Source of the DNA: Lama guanicoe
Lineage: Eukaryota
Length of the DNA: 64,000 nucleotides
Assembly: GCA_013239625.1 (NCBI GenBank)
Contig: MU053559.1
Location: 1,565,003 to 1,629,002 of the forward strand
Direction of reading: 5' to 3'
Shown here: in pieces, positions 23,954 to 36,749 of the stretch
Numbering within the stretch: position 1 is the stretch's first letter
Layout: the number at the start of each line of letters is the position of its first letter
The notes under the pieces: generated by a model
Databases searched by the model: none
What the model was told of the DNA's origin: nothing
Seen by the model: only the letters and a program-made list of their open reading frames with translations
Position numbers and translations under genes: made by a program

Positions 23954-24382
23954 TTATCTGGACTCCTGAACTTTACCTCCATGTTATTTCCTATCAACTT
24001 TGCCCCAAGTCTGGGAGTCTCATGCATTCCCTGCTTAGTCATGGTATCTCTCTGTGGTAAGCCAAGTTTGACCCAAGTTTAACCTCCATTCAGCTTTTAT
24101 TTCATGGATTGAGTTTGGAGCCCTGCCCCACTATCCAACTCCCAATATGGTTTTGATGTATATTTTGGGTGCTCAGCCTGGAACACAGTGCTTATCAACA
24201 TTAAGTATTTACTGAAGGCAATGTCATTAGTTGAAGGTAGACTGGCATGGGAAGAAGACAACCATAGTGTTTTAGACCACTTTCGGAATCACATATTCAT
24301 AGCATTGAGGAAAGTCAACAATTTGGTTCAGATGAAAAGAGAGAACACACAATTGTTGACTGATCTAAAGAACACAAAAAGA

Positions 24383-24670
24383 TCACAGACATAGAAAACA
24401 GACTTGTGGTTACCAGAGGGAGAAGGAAGATCGGAAAGGATAAATGAGGAGTTCGAGATTTGCAGATGCTAACTACTATATATAAAATAAATAACAAATT
24501 TTTTCTGTATAGCACAGGGAACTATAGTCAATATCTTGTAGTAACCTATAATGAAAAAGAATGTGAAAAGGGATATATGTATGTATATGTATGACTGGAG
24601 CATTATGTTGTACACCAGAAATTGACACAACATTGTAAACTGACTATGCTTCAATAAAAAAAGAATGAAA
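24383..24670 (+). mobile_element. L1 3' end with 17-bp TSD
   Basis: TSD taaagaacacaaaaaga at 24366-24382 and 24671-24687. Confidence 0.92.
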
Positions 24671-25149
24671 TAAAGAACACAAAAAGAAGTCAGCATAGTA
24701 AATACACAACTAGAAACCAGTAGTATATTTCAATGACACAGGAAGGTGTTTGGTTCCAGATCCCCAAAAGAACCTCACCAGTGGACACACAGTGATAAAT
24801 AGTAAGTCTGAGAGAAGTAATTTCACATCCAAGCTTCTGGAAGCTCAGCCATATGGTGACAGAGTACAGTTTAGATCAGAATGCTCAGACATGTGTACAG
24901 CCCTTATTTCTCACTCTCATCTCAACTAGACCAACCCAGCCTGGGCCAACTGCTTTTCAGAACTTTACAGCTGTGAGAATGGAATGAAAGTCAGTGGCCC
25001 AGACATTCTAGGGGTCTTAGACTAGCTCTAGAGCCAATCCTGAAGGAATGTGTTAGAAGGAGCAATCATAGTGTAAAAATGATGTCCAAGCGTGATGACA
25101 GAGGTCACAAATGGACTGAGGCCAGGGTGGCTACCAAAGGTGAGAGTCT

Positions 25150-25290
25150 ATGTATTCAATATCTTATAATAACCTTTAATGAAAAAGAATATGAAAACAA
25201 ATATATGTATATATATATATGCATGACTGAGATTTTATGCTGTATACCAGAAATTGGCACATTGTAAATGACTATACTTTAAAAAAAAAG
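25150..25290 (+). mobile_element. Short L1 3' end
   Basis: tattcaatatcttataataacc...cattgtaaatgactatacttt(a)n. Confidence 0.85.
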
Positions 25291-25309
25291 ATAACAGTCT
25301 GACACCATT

Positions 25310-25840
25310 GTTTTAGTAGATTATTTGCATTAATGGCCCCGCCCAGTAGCCATCCCCTTTGACATATAACTTTGAGGCTACTCTCATTGTGGAGACTGAA
25401 TGTACTTTTGTGCCTCTAGATTCTGAGTTTAGCTGCGTGACTTTCTTTGGCCAGTGGCATGGTGGCAGATGTGAAGCATGCAGCGGCATTAAAAAGCATT
25501 TTCATGTATCTGCTTCTGCTCTTGCTCCTCTGCCTTCACCATGAGACCATGCCTAGGCTAGCGTGCTGGAGGATGAAGTACATGTGAGACAGAGTCAAGT
25601 CAGCCCAGTACCAGCAGAGGCTATGTGAGACAAACCGGCAGCTAACCTATCCCCAGACAGTAGAGTGATCCCAGTGAAAAATAGGGGAACCCCACCCCAC
25701 CCCACCCCCCACCACAGACAATCTGAACCAGTCTAAATTGCTGAGCCACATATTTGAGCTAAATACATGATTATTATTTTCAAGCCACTGAGTTTCAGGG
25801 AAATTTGTTACGCAGTGATGTTGTGGAGATAGATAAACTT
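25310..25840 (+). mobile_element. MaLR LTR (MLT1H-like)
   Basis: gtgactttctttggccagtgg...ggctagcgtgctggaggatga...ttcaagccactgagtttcaggg..atttgttacgcag...atagataa. Confidence 0.75.
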
Positions 25841-26134
25841 AGCACTCAAGACTGAACACGTTCTGAGGAAGTGTAGGGAAATGAAGATCGGGTAAGCAAA
25901 AGCAGAGGTAAGAATCAGAGTAATATCCATGAGGCAGAAAAGGGGAAAGTGCTTCCCTTGGTGGGTGGAGCAGATGGTTGGGCAGAGGCTGCCCTTTGCT
26001 CACATTCCATCTCCAGGGCTGTCCCCTCCACTCCTTTTTTTCAATAGCGCCATGTAGCATACACATTCTGTATGTGTTTTGTCAGATTTATACACAAGTA
26101 TTTAATTTTTTGGAGATATTGTGAATAATACTCT

Positions 26135-28670
26135 TTTTCTCCCCAGCTTTTAGAGGTATAATTGACATATAAAGTTGTGTAACTTTAAGGTGTGCAATGT
26201 GTTGATTTGATACATTTATAAGTTGCAAGATGATTATTAACATAACATGAGCTACCACCTCCATCCTATCACATAATTACCATTTCCTCTTTGTGGTTAG
26301 AACATTTAAGAGCTACTTTCTCAGCAACTTTCCAGTATATAATACAGTTTTATTAGCCATAATCACCATGCTGTACATTGGACCCCCAGAACTTGTTCAT
26401 CTTATAACTAGAAGTTTCTATCCTTTGACTAGTATCTCCCCATTTCCCCCACCTCCCACCCACTGGCAACAACCATTCTACTCTCTGTGTCTCTGAGTTT
26501 GACTTTTTTAGATTCCAAATAGTATTTGTCTTTCTCTGTCTCATTTATTTCACTTAGCATAATGTCCTCAAGGTCCATCTGTATTGTTGCAAATGGCAGG
26601 ACTTCCTTCTTTCTTATGGTTGAACAATATTCCACTGTGTGTGTGTATGTGTATATCTCACGTCTTCTTTATCCAGTCATCTGTTGATGAACACTTAGGT
26701 TGTTTCCATATCTTGGCTATTGTAAATAAAGCTGCTATAAACATTGGGGTACATGTATCTTTTCCAGTTAGTGTTTTTGTTTCTTTTGGATATATACCCA
26801 GGACGTAGAATTGCTGGGTCATATGGTAGTTCTATTTTTAGTTTTTTGAGACACCTGCATACTGTTTTCCACAGTGGCTGCACAAATGTTCATTCTCACC
26901 AACAGTTTACTAGGATTCCCTTTTCTCTACACCCTCACCAAAAGCTGTTATCGCTTGTCTCTTTTGATGATATCCATTCTAATCGGTGTGAGGTGATATC
27001 TCGTTGTGGTTTTGATTTGCATTTCCCTGATGATTAGTGATGTTGAGCATCTTTTCATGTACCTGTTGGCCAATTGTATATTTTCTTTGGAAAACTCTTT
27101 AGTTCCTCTGCCCATTTTTTAATTGGGTTGTCAGGTTTTTTTTTGCTATTAAGTTGTATAAGTTCTTTACGTATTTTGGATATTAACCCCTTGTCAGATA
27201 TATAATTTGCAAATATTTTCTCTCATTCCATAGGTTACCTTTTCTTTCTTTCTTTCTTTTTTGTTTTTTTATTTTTTGATTGTTTCTTTTCCTGTGAAGA
27301 AGCTTTTTAGTGTTATGTATGTTAATTTTTGCTTTTGTTGCCTGTGTGTTTGCTGTCACATCCAGGAAATCACTGCTGAGAGCAATGTCGAAGAGATTTT
27401 CCCCTGTGCCTTCTTCTAGGAATTTTATGATTTCAGGTCTTAAATTTAAGTCTTTAATCCATTTTGAGTTAAGTTTTGTGAGTGGTATAAGGTGGGAGTC
27501 CAATTTCATTCTTCTGCATGTGGTTATCCAGTTTTCCCAGCACTGTATCTTGAAGACACTCTCCTTTCCACATTGGGTATTTTTGGCTTTCTTGTCAAAT
27601 ATTAGCTGACTATATATTCGTAGGTTTATTAATGGGCCCTTAATTCTGTTCCATTGGTCTGTGTGTCTATTTTCATAATAGAACTGTGCTGTTTTGTTCA
27701 CTATTAAACTTTGTAGAATAGTTTGAAATCCGGTGCCTCCAGCTTTGTTCTTCTTTCTCAGGGTTGCTTTGGCTATTTGGGGTCTTTTATGGTTCCATAC
27801 ACATTTTAGGCTTTTTTTTTCTATTTCTGTGAAAAATGCCATTGAAATTTTGATAGGGATTGCATTGAATCTATAGGTTACTTTGAATAATATGGACATT
27901 TTAACAATATTAATTCTTCTGATCCACGAACACAGGGTATTTTGTCACTCGTTGTGTCTTCTTCAATTTCTTTCATCAGGGTCTTGTAGTTTTCAATGTA
28001 TAGATAGATCTTTTACCTCCTTGGATAGATTTATTCCTAAGTATTTTATTGTTTTTGATGCTCTTGTGAATGGGATAGTCTTCTTTATTTCTTTTTCAGA
28101 TGCTTTATTGTTTGTGTATAGAAACACAATTATTTTCTGCATGTTGATTTTGTATCCTGCAAGTTGACTGAAATTGTTGATTAGTTCTAGCAGTTTTTTG
28201 GTGAAGTCTTTAGGATTTTCTATATATAAGATGGTATCATCTGCAAAGAAAGACAATTTTACTCCTCCCTTTCCTATTTGGTTGCCTTTTATTTATTTTT
28301 CTTGCCTGATTGCTTTGGCTAGAATTTTCAGTACTGTGTTGAATAGAAATGGTGAGAGTGGGCATCTTTTTCTTATTCCTGATCTTAGAGGAAAAGCTTT
28401 CAAACTTTCATCATTGAGTATGATGTCGTCTGTGGGTTTGTCACATGTGACCTTTATGGTGTTGAGATGTGTTCCTTCTGCAGGCAATTCTTAAGTATTT
28501 TTATCACGAAAGAATGTTGCTCTCTGTCAAATGCTTTTTCCGCATCTATTGAGATGATCATATAATTCTTATCTTTCATTTTATGAATGTGGTGTGTCAT
28601 ATTATTCATTTGTGTATGTTCAGCCATCTTTGCATCTCAGGGATAAATCCCTCTTGATCATGTTGAATGA
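26135..28670 (-). mobile_element. L1 (L1MA9-like) 2.5-kb 3' part with decayed ORF2 RT/C-terminus
   Basis: ORFs 28293-28487 ([18 protein letters not shown]), 27993-28256 ([13 protein letters not shown]...KYLGINL) and 27183-27899 (YRFNAIPIKI...WENW); frameshifted. Confidence 0.93.
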
Positions 28671-28671
28671 T

Positions 28672-29270
28672 GAGTGGTACTGTTTTTAACTTTTATTTGT
28701 AACTTTCTATTACTAGTATCTAAAAATAGAATTGATCTTGATGTGTTGGCTTTGTATTCAGTGACCCTGCTACTTTTACCTAGTAGTTATAAGTCATTTT
28801 GTGGATTCTTTGGAATTTTCTATGCAGACAACTATCTTGTTATCTATAAATAGGAACTGTTTTCTTCTCTTTCTTTCCAATCTGTATCCTTTTCTGTATT
28901 TGCCTTGCCTATTGCATTGAGTAGAACTTCTTGTACTATCCCTATTTGTAGGTAACATGATGAAAAATTCACCATAACCACATGGGATTTATCCTGGGAA
29001 TGCAAGGCTGTTTCAATATTCAAAATCAGTCAATGAGTACATCGTATTAAAAGGAGAAAAATCACATGATCATGTCAATTTATACAGAAAAGAACTTGAC
29101 AGAATTCAATGTATGTTCATGAAAAAAGAAAAAGCAAACAATAAAAGGCATACCCACATGAAACCCTATAGCTAACATCACACATAATGGCGAAAGTCTA
29201 AATGCGTTTTCCTAAGTTCGGGAACAAGGTAAGAATGCTCACTCTCCCCCTCACCACTTAGAATCAATAT
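28672..29270. mobile_element. Older L1 ORF2 fragments (minus, then plus)
   Basis: gtggattctttggaattttctatg (minus); tgggatttatcctgggaatgcaaggctg...aaccctatagctaacatca (plus). Confidence 0.72.
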
Positions 29271-29349
29271 GTTTAAATTTTTTAAGTGGAATGCAGAAAC
29301 ATTGTTACTGCTTCCACGGGATTACCTTCAGCCTTGGTTCAGGAGAATA

Positions 29350-29403
29350 ATAAAAGAAAGAAAGAAAGAAAGAAAGAAAAGAAAAGAAAAAAGAAAAGAA
29401 AAA
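29350..29403. repeat. (GAAA)n/(GAAAA)n microsatellite
   Basis: aaaagaaagaaagaaagaaagaaagaaaagaaaagaaaaaagaaaagaaaaa. Confidence 0.9.
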
Positions 29404-29409
29404 CGTAAC

Positions 29410-29740
29410 TGAGGATTTCCATACTTTGAGTTTTGGAAGATTCCTTTTCTACTCCTCAAGCCCGAACTAGAGAATTGGGGGGCTCTCTCTGTCAACACTA
29501 AATCCCACTTATGGGTTTGGGTGCATTGAGAATTTAGGCCAGAGGATGCCAGAGGGAGGGAAAAGAGAGGTAAATTTACCACTGATTCAGTGATACTTTG
29601 AGTTCTGCTCTTTTCCCTAGTGTGCCTAATCTCATTTACTTTTCAGAGTCCTGAGGTAACTTCTCCAGGTGTTACAGCTGCATTCAGTGAGTGAGACAGG
29701 TAGAGTGTGTTTTCTCCATCTTATCTAGAACTGGAAATCT
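29410..29740 (-). mobile_element. Old L1 5'UTR fragment (L1M4-type)
   Basis: ttttcagagtcctgagg...cagctgcattcagtg...gagtgtg...tccatcttatctagaactggaa; homologous to 60670-60780. Confidence 0.65.
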
Positions 29741-29759
29741 GGCATTACTTAATGAAATT

Positions 29760-30670
29760 GAAGCAGCATAGTTTTACTCCTAGGTATACTTCCAACAGAA
29801 AGACATGTGAATGTGTACTACAATATGTATACAAAAATGTTCATAGCAACACTAATGCTCATCAACAGTAAAATGTATAAAAATTACAGCATAGCTATAC
29901 GATGGAATACTATACAGCAATAAAATGGACAAACTATTTCTATACATAACAACATGAATGAATCTCACGTATCATTGAGCGTTAAAGCAATCCACAGAAT
30001 ATTGCATATGATATGATTCCATTTATATGCATATTTTTTAAAAACAGAAAAAAAGCACACTGTATATATTTTTGGGGGGTGACTTAACAGTAGATTTTTA
30101 ATTGACCAAGTTAAAAAAAATACTGGTTATTAATTTGAAAGTTTTTCAATGATGAAGGTCTTACCTAATGATCCATTTGTGTGATTAAGGGGATGAATTA
30201 GTTCTAAATAATAGCCATATAATTTTACCCTTGTTAATTTTGTATATGGGAAACATTATTTGACAATTCTTTTTTAAAATGTCATTTAAAACATTTTATT
30301 TTCTGGTATACTCTTTCACCAGAATATGGTCCTAGGAACTATATTCAAGCTATACAAAATAATCCATAGCAACTGACATTGCTAGAGTGAGAAGAAACTT
30401 ATCTATTAGTATCTTTTTAGTTGAAAAGATTTGACCTTTAAAATCACATTTTTAAGTAACATTGTTAAGTAAATTTAATTTTTCTTCTAAAAATGTACCT
30501 TCATTTTACAATTCCAAGAAAGCACACTATACTTTTAGAGCTGTATTCTTAGATGGTAAAACCATGAAGAAAAGGAAGAGATGATTAGCATAAAAGTCAG
30601 GGTAGCGGTACCTCTGTGATGTCCTGTTTCCTGACCTGAGTAGTGGTTACACAGACATTTACCTTTTTAA
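29760..30670 (+). mobile_element. L1ME3-like 3'UTR split by a retrocopy
   Basis: atggaatactatacagcaat...atgattccatttat...aaaaacag | ...ggtaaaaccatgaagaaaagg..atgattagcataaaagtcaggg. Confidence 0.75.
30067..30518 (-). pseudogene. Orphan L1-mediated retrocopy of an AT-rich (3'UTR-like) RNA
   Basis: Direct repeats aaagcacactRta at 30052 and 30519; minus-strand ATTAAA ~20 nt before a short A-tail; host L1ME rejoins across it. Confidence 0.68.
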
Positions 30671-30674
30671 AAAT

Positions 30675-31330
30675 TTTGATAGACTTTAGTTTTTAGAGCA
30701 GTTTTAGGTTCACAGCAAATTTGAGCAGAAATACAGAGAGTTCCCATATACCCTCTAACCGTCCACTATCAACATCCCTCATTAGATTGTACATTTGTTA
30801 TAATCAATGAATCGATGACATTGACACTTGATAATCACCCAAAGCCCATAGGTTATACTAGGGTTCACTCTTGGTCTTGTACATTCTATGGGCTTAGGCA
30901 AATGAATAATGACATGCACCCACCATTACAATATCATACAAAATTGTTTTGCTGCCCTAAAAATTCTCTTTACTCAACCTATTCCTCCCTTTTTCCCTGA
31001 TAATTCTTGGCAACCACTGTTTTTTTTTTTTGACTGTCTCCATGGTTTTGCCTTTTATAGAATGTCATGTAATTGAAATCACACAGTATGCAGCCTCTTC
31101 AGACTGGCTTCTTTCACTTAGCGATAGACATTTAAGGCTCCTCCCTGTCTTTTCAGACTTGACAGCTCGTTTCTTTTTATCACGGAATAATATCCTATTG
31201 CCTGGATGTATCACAGCTTATTTATCCACTCACAAACTGAAGGACATATGGGTTGATTCCAAGTTTTTGTAATTATACATAAAGCTTCTAAAAACATCTG
31301 TGTGCAAGTTTCTGTGTGGATGCAGTTTAC
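30675..31330 (-). mobile_element. L1MC-like 3' end
   Basis: tttttagagcagttttaggttcacagcaaatttgagcagaaatacagagagttcccatatacc... Confidence 0.85.
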
Positions 31331-31375
31331 TTTTTAACCATTTAGTAAAATGTGCCTATAACTTATATTTTTTGT

Positions 31376-32656
31376 TTGCTCTTTTTTTAAACATTTCTTA
31401 TTGATTTATAATCATTTTACAATGTTGTGTCAAATTCCAGTGTAGAGCACAATTTTTCAGTTATACATGAACATATATATTCATTGTCACATTTTTTTCT
31501 CTGTGAGCTACCATAAGATTTTATGTATATTTCCCTGTGCTCTACAGTATAATCTTGTTTATCTGTTCTACAATTTTGAAATCCCATCTATCCCTTCCCA
31601 CCCTCCACCCCCTTGGCAACCACAAGTTTGTATTCTGTCTATGAGNNNNNNNNNNNNNNNNNNNNNNNNNNNNNNNNNNNNNNNNNNNNNNNNNNNNNNN
31701 NNNNNNNNNNNNNNNNNNNNNNNNNNNNNNNNNNNNNNNNNNNNNNNNNNNNNNNNNNNNNNNNNNNNNNNNNNNNNNNNNNNNNNNNNNNNNNNNNNNN
31801 NNACTGTTTTCCATAGTGGCTGCACCAAACTGCATTCCCACCAGCAGTGTAGGAGGGTTCCCCTTTCTCCACAGCCTCTCCAGCATTTGTCATTTGTGGA
31901 TTTTTGAATGACGGCCATTCTGACTGGTGTGAGGTGATACCTCATTGTAGTTTTGATTTTCATTTCTCTGATAATTAATGATATTGAGCAGTTTTTCATG
32001 TGCCTATTAATCATTTGTATGTCTTCCTTGGAGAATTGCTTGTTTAGGTCTTCTGCCCATTTTTTGGATTGGGTTGTTTATTTTTTTCTTATTGAATTGT
32101 ATGAGTTGCTTATATCCTCTGGAGATCAAGCCTTTGTCAGTTTCATTTGTAACTATTTTCTCCCATTCCGTAGGTTGTCTTTTTGTTTTACTTATGGTTC
32201 CCTTTGCTGTGCAGGAGCTTGTAAGTTTCATTAGGTCCCATTTGTTTATTCTTGCTTTTATTTCTATTGCTTCAGTAGACTGTTCTAGGAGAAAATTTTT
32301 GAGATGTATGTCAGATAACATTTTGTCTATATTTTCCTCTAGGAGGTTTATTTTATTTTGTCTTATGTTTAAGTCTTTGATCCATTTAGAGTTTATTTTT
32401 GTGTATGGTGTAAGGGATTGTTCTAGCTTCATTGTTTTACTTGCTGCTGTCCAGTTTTCCCAACACCATTTGCTGAAGAGACTGTCTTTATTCCATTGTA
32501 TATTCTTGCCTCCTTTGTCGAAGATGAGTTGACCAAAGGTTTGTGGGTTCATTTCTGGGCTCTCTATTCTGTTCCATTGGTCCATATGTCTGTTTTTGTA
32601 CCAATACCATGCTGTCTTGATGACTGTAGCTCTGTAGTATTGTCTGAAATCTGGGG
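31376..32656 (-). mobile_element. Young 5'-truncated L1 (ORF2 C-terminus plus 3'UTR), spans the gap
   Basis: ORF 32007-32678 ([13 protein letters not shown]...WCWENW) frameshifts into the zinc knuckle [18 protein letters not shown]; possible TSD tatattttttgt-like at 31364 and 32657. Confidence 0.93.
31646..31802. other. Assembly gap (157 N)
   Basis: Run of n. Confidence 1.
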
Positions 32657-33227
32657 TATATTTTTTTGTATGTTTCACAGTGAAACATACTTGAAAATGA
32701 GAGAGTACATGTAAAGCATGATTAATGCTTAGTGATATTGTGTGTTACAATTAAGTGATTTGCATTCATCTCCCTCAAAAAAAGAATTTGAGTACCATTT
32801 AAATCAAGGGGTCTGACCAAAGCCAAATGCAGCAAATGTGGGCTTTTTCACGTAATGTTTCTGTTAGCAATATATTTCTGCCTATTCTGAAGGCGAGACT
32901 CGATTATGGCACAAAGGCCTTACTGTGCTTCATCAAGTATTATCTTAAATGTACTTCCCTTTGCATGTGTTCCTAGTCCCCTCTTTTGTCCTAAAGTGTT
33001 AACAGTGCAAACATTTTAATGTAATCAGCAAGCTCATTGAGTATTCTCTCAAACACAATTTTTAGATCACTGATAAGAATACTCATTCAGACACTTATGT
33101 CAACTATTTCAGGCCAGGCCTGGACTCACCCTTCTCCCCCAGACCTGTGCCCTACTGGGATTGAGCACATGAGAGTGTATATGTGTTGGGGATATGGGGT
33201 GACAGCTCAGAAATGAAGGTCTGCCTC

Positions 33228-33606
33228 AGAAAAATACAAATATCATATGATGTCACTTATATGTGGAATCTAATAAAAAAAGATACAAATTTTACTTACA
33301 AACCAGAAATAGACTGACAGACATAGAAAACAAACTGTGGTTACCAAGGGGGGAAGCGGCGGGGAGAGATAGATTAGGAGTTCAGGATTAATAGATACAC
33401 AATACTATATATAAAATAGATAAACAACATGGACCTACTGTATAGCACAGGGAACTACATTCAATAGCTTGTAATGAGCTGTGATGGAAAAAAATCTGAA
33501 AAAAATGTGTGTAGATGTATAGCTCAATTGCTTTGCTATACCCCTGAAACTAACATTGTAAATTGGCTATACGTCAATAAAAGATAAGAATTTTTTTTTT
33601 AAAAAA
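33228..33606 (+). mobile_element. L1 3' end
   Basis: tcacttatatgtggaatcta...acagacatagaaaacaaac...cattgtaaattggctatacgtcaataaa. Confidence 0.9.
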
Positions 33607-34363
33607 GGAGGGTCTATTTGACTTGGGTTTGACTGCTGCTATTGCGTGCAAATATCCCCCGCCTTTCCTAGCATCACTCCACGATGCTCCAGTCCTTCAT
33701 AGAGTGCTTTGTATGCTTTAGTATCGGTTTGCCCCATTTCCATGCTGATGCCCAATCTCAAGGCCAAGGATAGAAGACATCTAATGAGGGCTGTGTTTTC
33801 ACCAAGGTCCTCCCATGTGGTCCAGTGATGTCTTGTTTACTCAAGTAAATAAGCTTCCTGGGGAAAGAGCTGTTCTGCATAAAGGAAATTTCCATGTAGC
33901 TCAACCATCCCCTTTTAGTGCCAAATTGTTTTCTTTCAAATTTAACACTCTTAATAGAACATTTCTTAAAATAGATTGTAGTATGATCTGCCTTCTTTCA
34001 AAGTATATTAAATATAATTTAACCTTTCTTTTGTGTCCTATGGTTCCATGGCTACCAAGATGTGTAGGACTGTTTGCCTTGTGGCTCACCTCAGTGTGCT
34101 TCTCTAGTTCTACCAGCTGGGGTTTTAAAGTAACATTGGCTTTCCCCCTCATATAAAAGTATTTCCTCTTTATTACAGAAAATTTGAAAACAGAAAAAAG
34201 TAGAAAGAAAAGTGCTCTTTTAGACTTAGAATTCTTTAAGTGTATTTCCTCCTGGTCTCTTCATTGTTTTAAAAAAAATTTCTTTGAGACGCGTTTCTAT
34301 TTATTGAACTTAGTTACAATCTCTTACAGCTTCCACAAATGGTTCTGTGTTGGGAGGCAGAGA

Positions 34364-34813
34364 TGTTGAATAATATCCCCCGAATTGAAACGCAGTGGGC
34401 AACTCCATAAAGCACAATGATGAAATTTATTGTGGGTAACTTACATACAGGCAGGACTGGGCGGACGGATGATGACTGTCCAGAGGCAGTCCCAGCTGCA
34501 TTCCAAACCGATGAAAGGGGTACAGGGGAATTTAAAGGGGCCAAAGCTGAAGATAGAATCTTGCTACCAACTGAGAAGTACCAGCTGCATCATAGGAACT
34601 GGGGTTTTTTCCTCCCCCCGGGGGTCTCCTGACTCCTAACCATCTGCGTCAGCAAAAGGCGTTCTTCCAGTTTTCATATCAGATGAAGGCAAAGGTTCCC
34701 AGGTAGGAAACTTATCTGGCTTGGACTAAAGCTCGGACATGCAGAAAGGGGAGGCGGGTAGGACTGTGGGCCCAAGATGGAACGGACAAAATGGAGTCAA
34801 TGTGGTTCAGTCA
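34364..34813 (-). mobile_element. Probable ERV solo LTR
   Basis: TG...CA ends; tttatt (minus-strand AATAAA) near the left end; caaaatggagtca near the right end is a typical U3 start; no clear TSD. Confidence 0.55.
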
Positions 34814-35410
34814 TATATTCTGTCTCCCCTCTTTATCTCTCTTAGCCTGTTAGTCATCGCTTCTTACTGCCTCTAGAGTCACACTGCCCACCCTTCCTCC
34901 TTTCATAATCTGTGACTTCTAATAATATGTGAGCTGGGCCAAGAGTTTACCGTGATTATTATAATTGTAGGTAAAAGTAGCAATGGATAAGTTTTTCAGG
35001 AAAGCCTGCAGCTCACATCACCATAGTCAGATATGCGGGATTTGAAATGGTTACTCCAGCCAATCAGCAGATTTCTTGGTTTTCCTGCTCCATTCTACCT
35101 GTGTCAGGTTTTAAGAAAGTCTACCCTTACCTTAAAGGTGTTGATACTATTCTGCAAGTACCTCTCATCATAGATTGAGTATATAGTGAATTAAATTTTA
35201 CGTACCTTGAGGGTAGGGACTATCTTCTCACGATACCTTGTATTACGCTTTACAAGTTAGGTACTCCAGAAATGCTTTTTGTGAATAACATTCAACTGAG
35301 ATTTTCCCATTCTCAGTCCAGACTCAATTTTACTGATATCCTTTTATCTTTCTCAAAATTTAGATTTTTACCAAATTTTAATCTGAATAAGATTAAGGAT
35401 GTCTCAAGGA

Positions 35411-35454
35411 ACTAACACAATGTTACTCAACTATATTTCAATAAAAAAACACCA
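35411..35454 (+). mobile_element. Ultra-short L1 terminus (44 bp) with 12-bp TSD
   Basis: actaacacaatgttactcaactatatttcaataaaa; TSD atgtctcaagga at 35399-35410 and 35455-35466. Confidence 0.85.
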
Positions 35455-35479
35455 ATGTCTCAAGGAGTGATTGTGGGGG

Positions 35480-36395
35480 CCATCTCTGAGTATCCTTTCA
35501 CCCAATCTCTGGCTACATCCTATGGCTTTCATATGACAGATTATTCCTCTCTCATCCTAACTCCCTCAGTGTGAAGCATGTGACCTGGGCCTAGACCAAT
35601 CAGCATCACCTTCTCCCAGCCACAGTGATTGGTTCAGAGTTGGGCACTTGACCCAGCTCGACCTAGTTAGCATGAACTTCGGGACTTCTGGGAATGCTGG
35701 GATAAACAAAGACGCTTGCTTCTTTTTGCTGGATGTGAAATTGGAAGGATATCCCAGGAGTTCCTGGCTGCCACCTTCCAGTGATGAATGGGTGAACATG
35801 TGGACGTGAGCAGAACTGCGCTGAGAGATAGAACACAGGGCTTGAGTTAATCTTCGAGCCTCTGGATTCCTGTGAGTGGCCATGCCTGGAGCCAAACTGA
35901 CCACTGGTCAGTTAAATTTCTGTTGCGGTTTGGGTTCTCTAAAAGCAGACGTTGAGATGCAATTTGGGGAGCAAGATGTTTATAAGGGGTCAACACCTGT
36001 GAAAAGAGGAGGAGGCAGGACTGGGAAGAGTGACAGGGAAGCAGGCCTGACAAAGCCTCCGACAAAGGCAGGGATCGCTGCAGCAAGGATTTCCTGGTAC
36101 AGTTGGAGTCTCAAGGCGGGCTTTTGATCCTCTGCCTTGCTCTGTCATTGGATGTGCGCTCTGAAGGGTGTGACTTGGAGGGAGGTGGCTCTTTGCACCT
36201 GAGGCAGCCCTGGAAGGAGCTGACAACTGGAGGCTATTACAGCTTTGCAGGGAGTCCTCCCTCTAAGGGAGACCTGGGGAGGTGCATCTCTGTGTCAAGC
36301 ACACTTACATAAGCATCATTATCATTATTGTTGTTATTACTATTATACTAAACTAGTTTGAGCTGAATTTTATGCCACTTGCAGCCAAGACTTCA
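35480..36395 (+). mobile_element. Old MaLR LTR (MLT1K/L-like) interrupted by LTR16
   Basis: catgtgacctgggcctagaccaatcag...cacagtgattggttcag...; end ctagtttgagctgaattttatgccacttgcagcc. Confidence 0.65.
35921..36303 (-). mobile_element. ERVL LTR (LTR16-like)
   Basis: tgttgcggtttgggttctct..aagcagacgttgagatg...gcaagatgtttat..ggggtcaacacctgtg. Confidence 0.78.
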
Positions 36396-36397
36396 AA

Positions 36398-36449
36398 CTC
36401 CTTTACTTTTTTTTTTTAGTTTTTCTTTTGGCAGGGGAGGTGATTAAGT

Positions 36450-36500
<51 letters not shown>

Positions 36501-36581
36501 ATGAAGATACTGGGGATTGAACCTAGGACCTTGTGCATGCTAAGCACATACTCTACCACTTGAGCTACAGCCTCCCCCTTA
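36398..36581 (-). mobile_element. vic-1-like SINE with (TATC)12 microsatellite
   Basis: TSD aagacttcaaa at 36387-36397 and 36582-36592; TATC run at 36451-36500. Confidence 0.92.
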
Positions 36582-36631
36582 AAGACTTCAAATTAATACA
36601 GTGATTATTTCGATAAAGCCCCACTGTGATT

Positions 36632-36749
36632 CATTTATTTTTATTTATTTATATTTTTATTTTTTTTCAACAGAGGTACTGGGGAGTGAACCAAGACTTT
36701 CTGCATGTTAAGCACGTGCTCTACCACTGAGCTATAGCTTCCCTCATCG
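36632..36749 (-). mobile_element. vic-1-like SINE
   Basis: TSD cactgtgatt at 36622-36631 and 36750-36759; tRNA-Ala-like body. Confidence 0.88.

Noticed and set aside
27183..28487. Functional reverse transcriptase
   Set aside because: L1 ORF2 is split over several frames, 5'-truncated, and lacks the endonuclease, ORF1 and promoter.
31467..32014. Long ORFs spanning the N run
   Set aside because: Their lengths are artefacts of X codons across the assembly gap.
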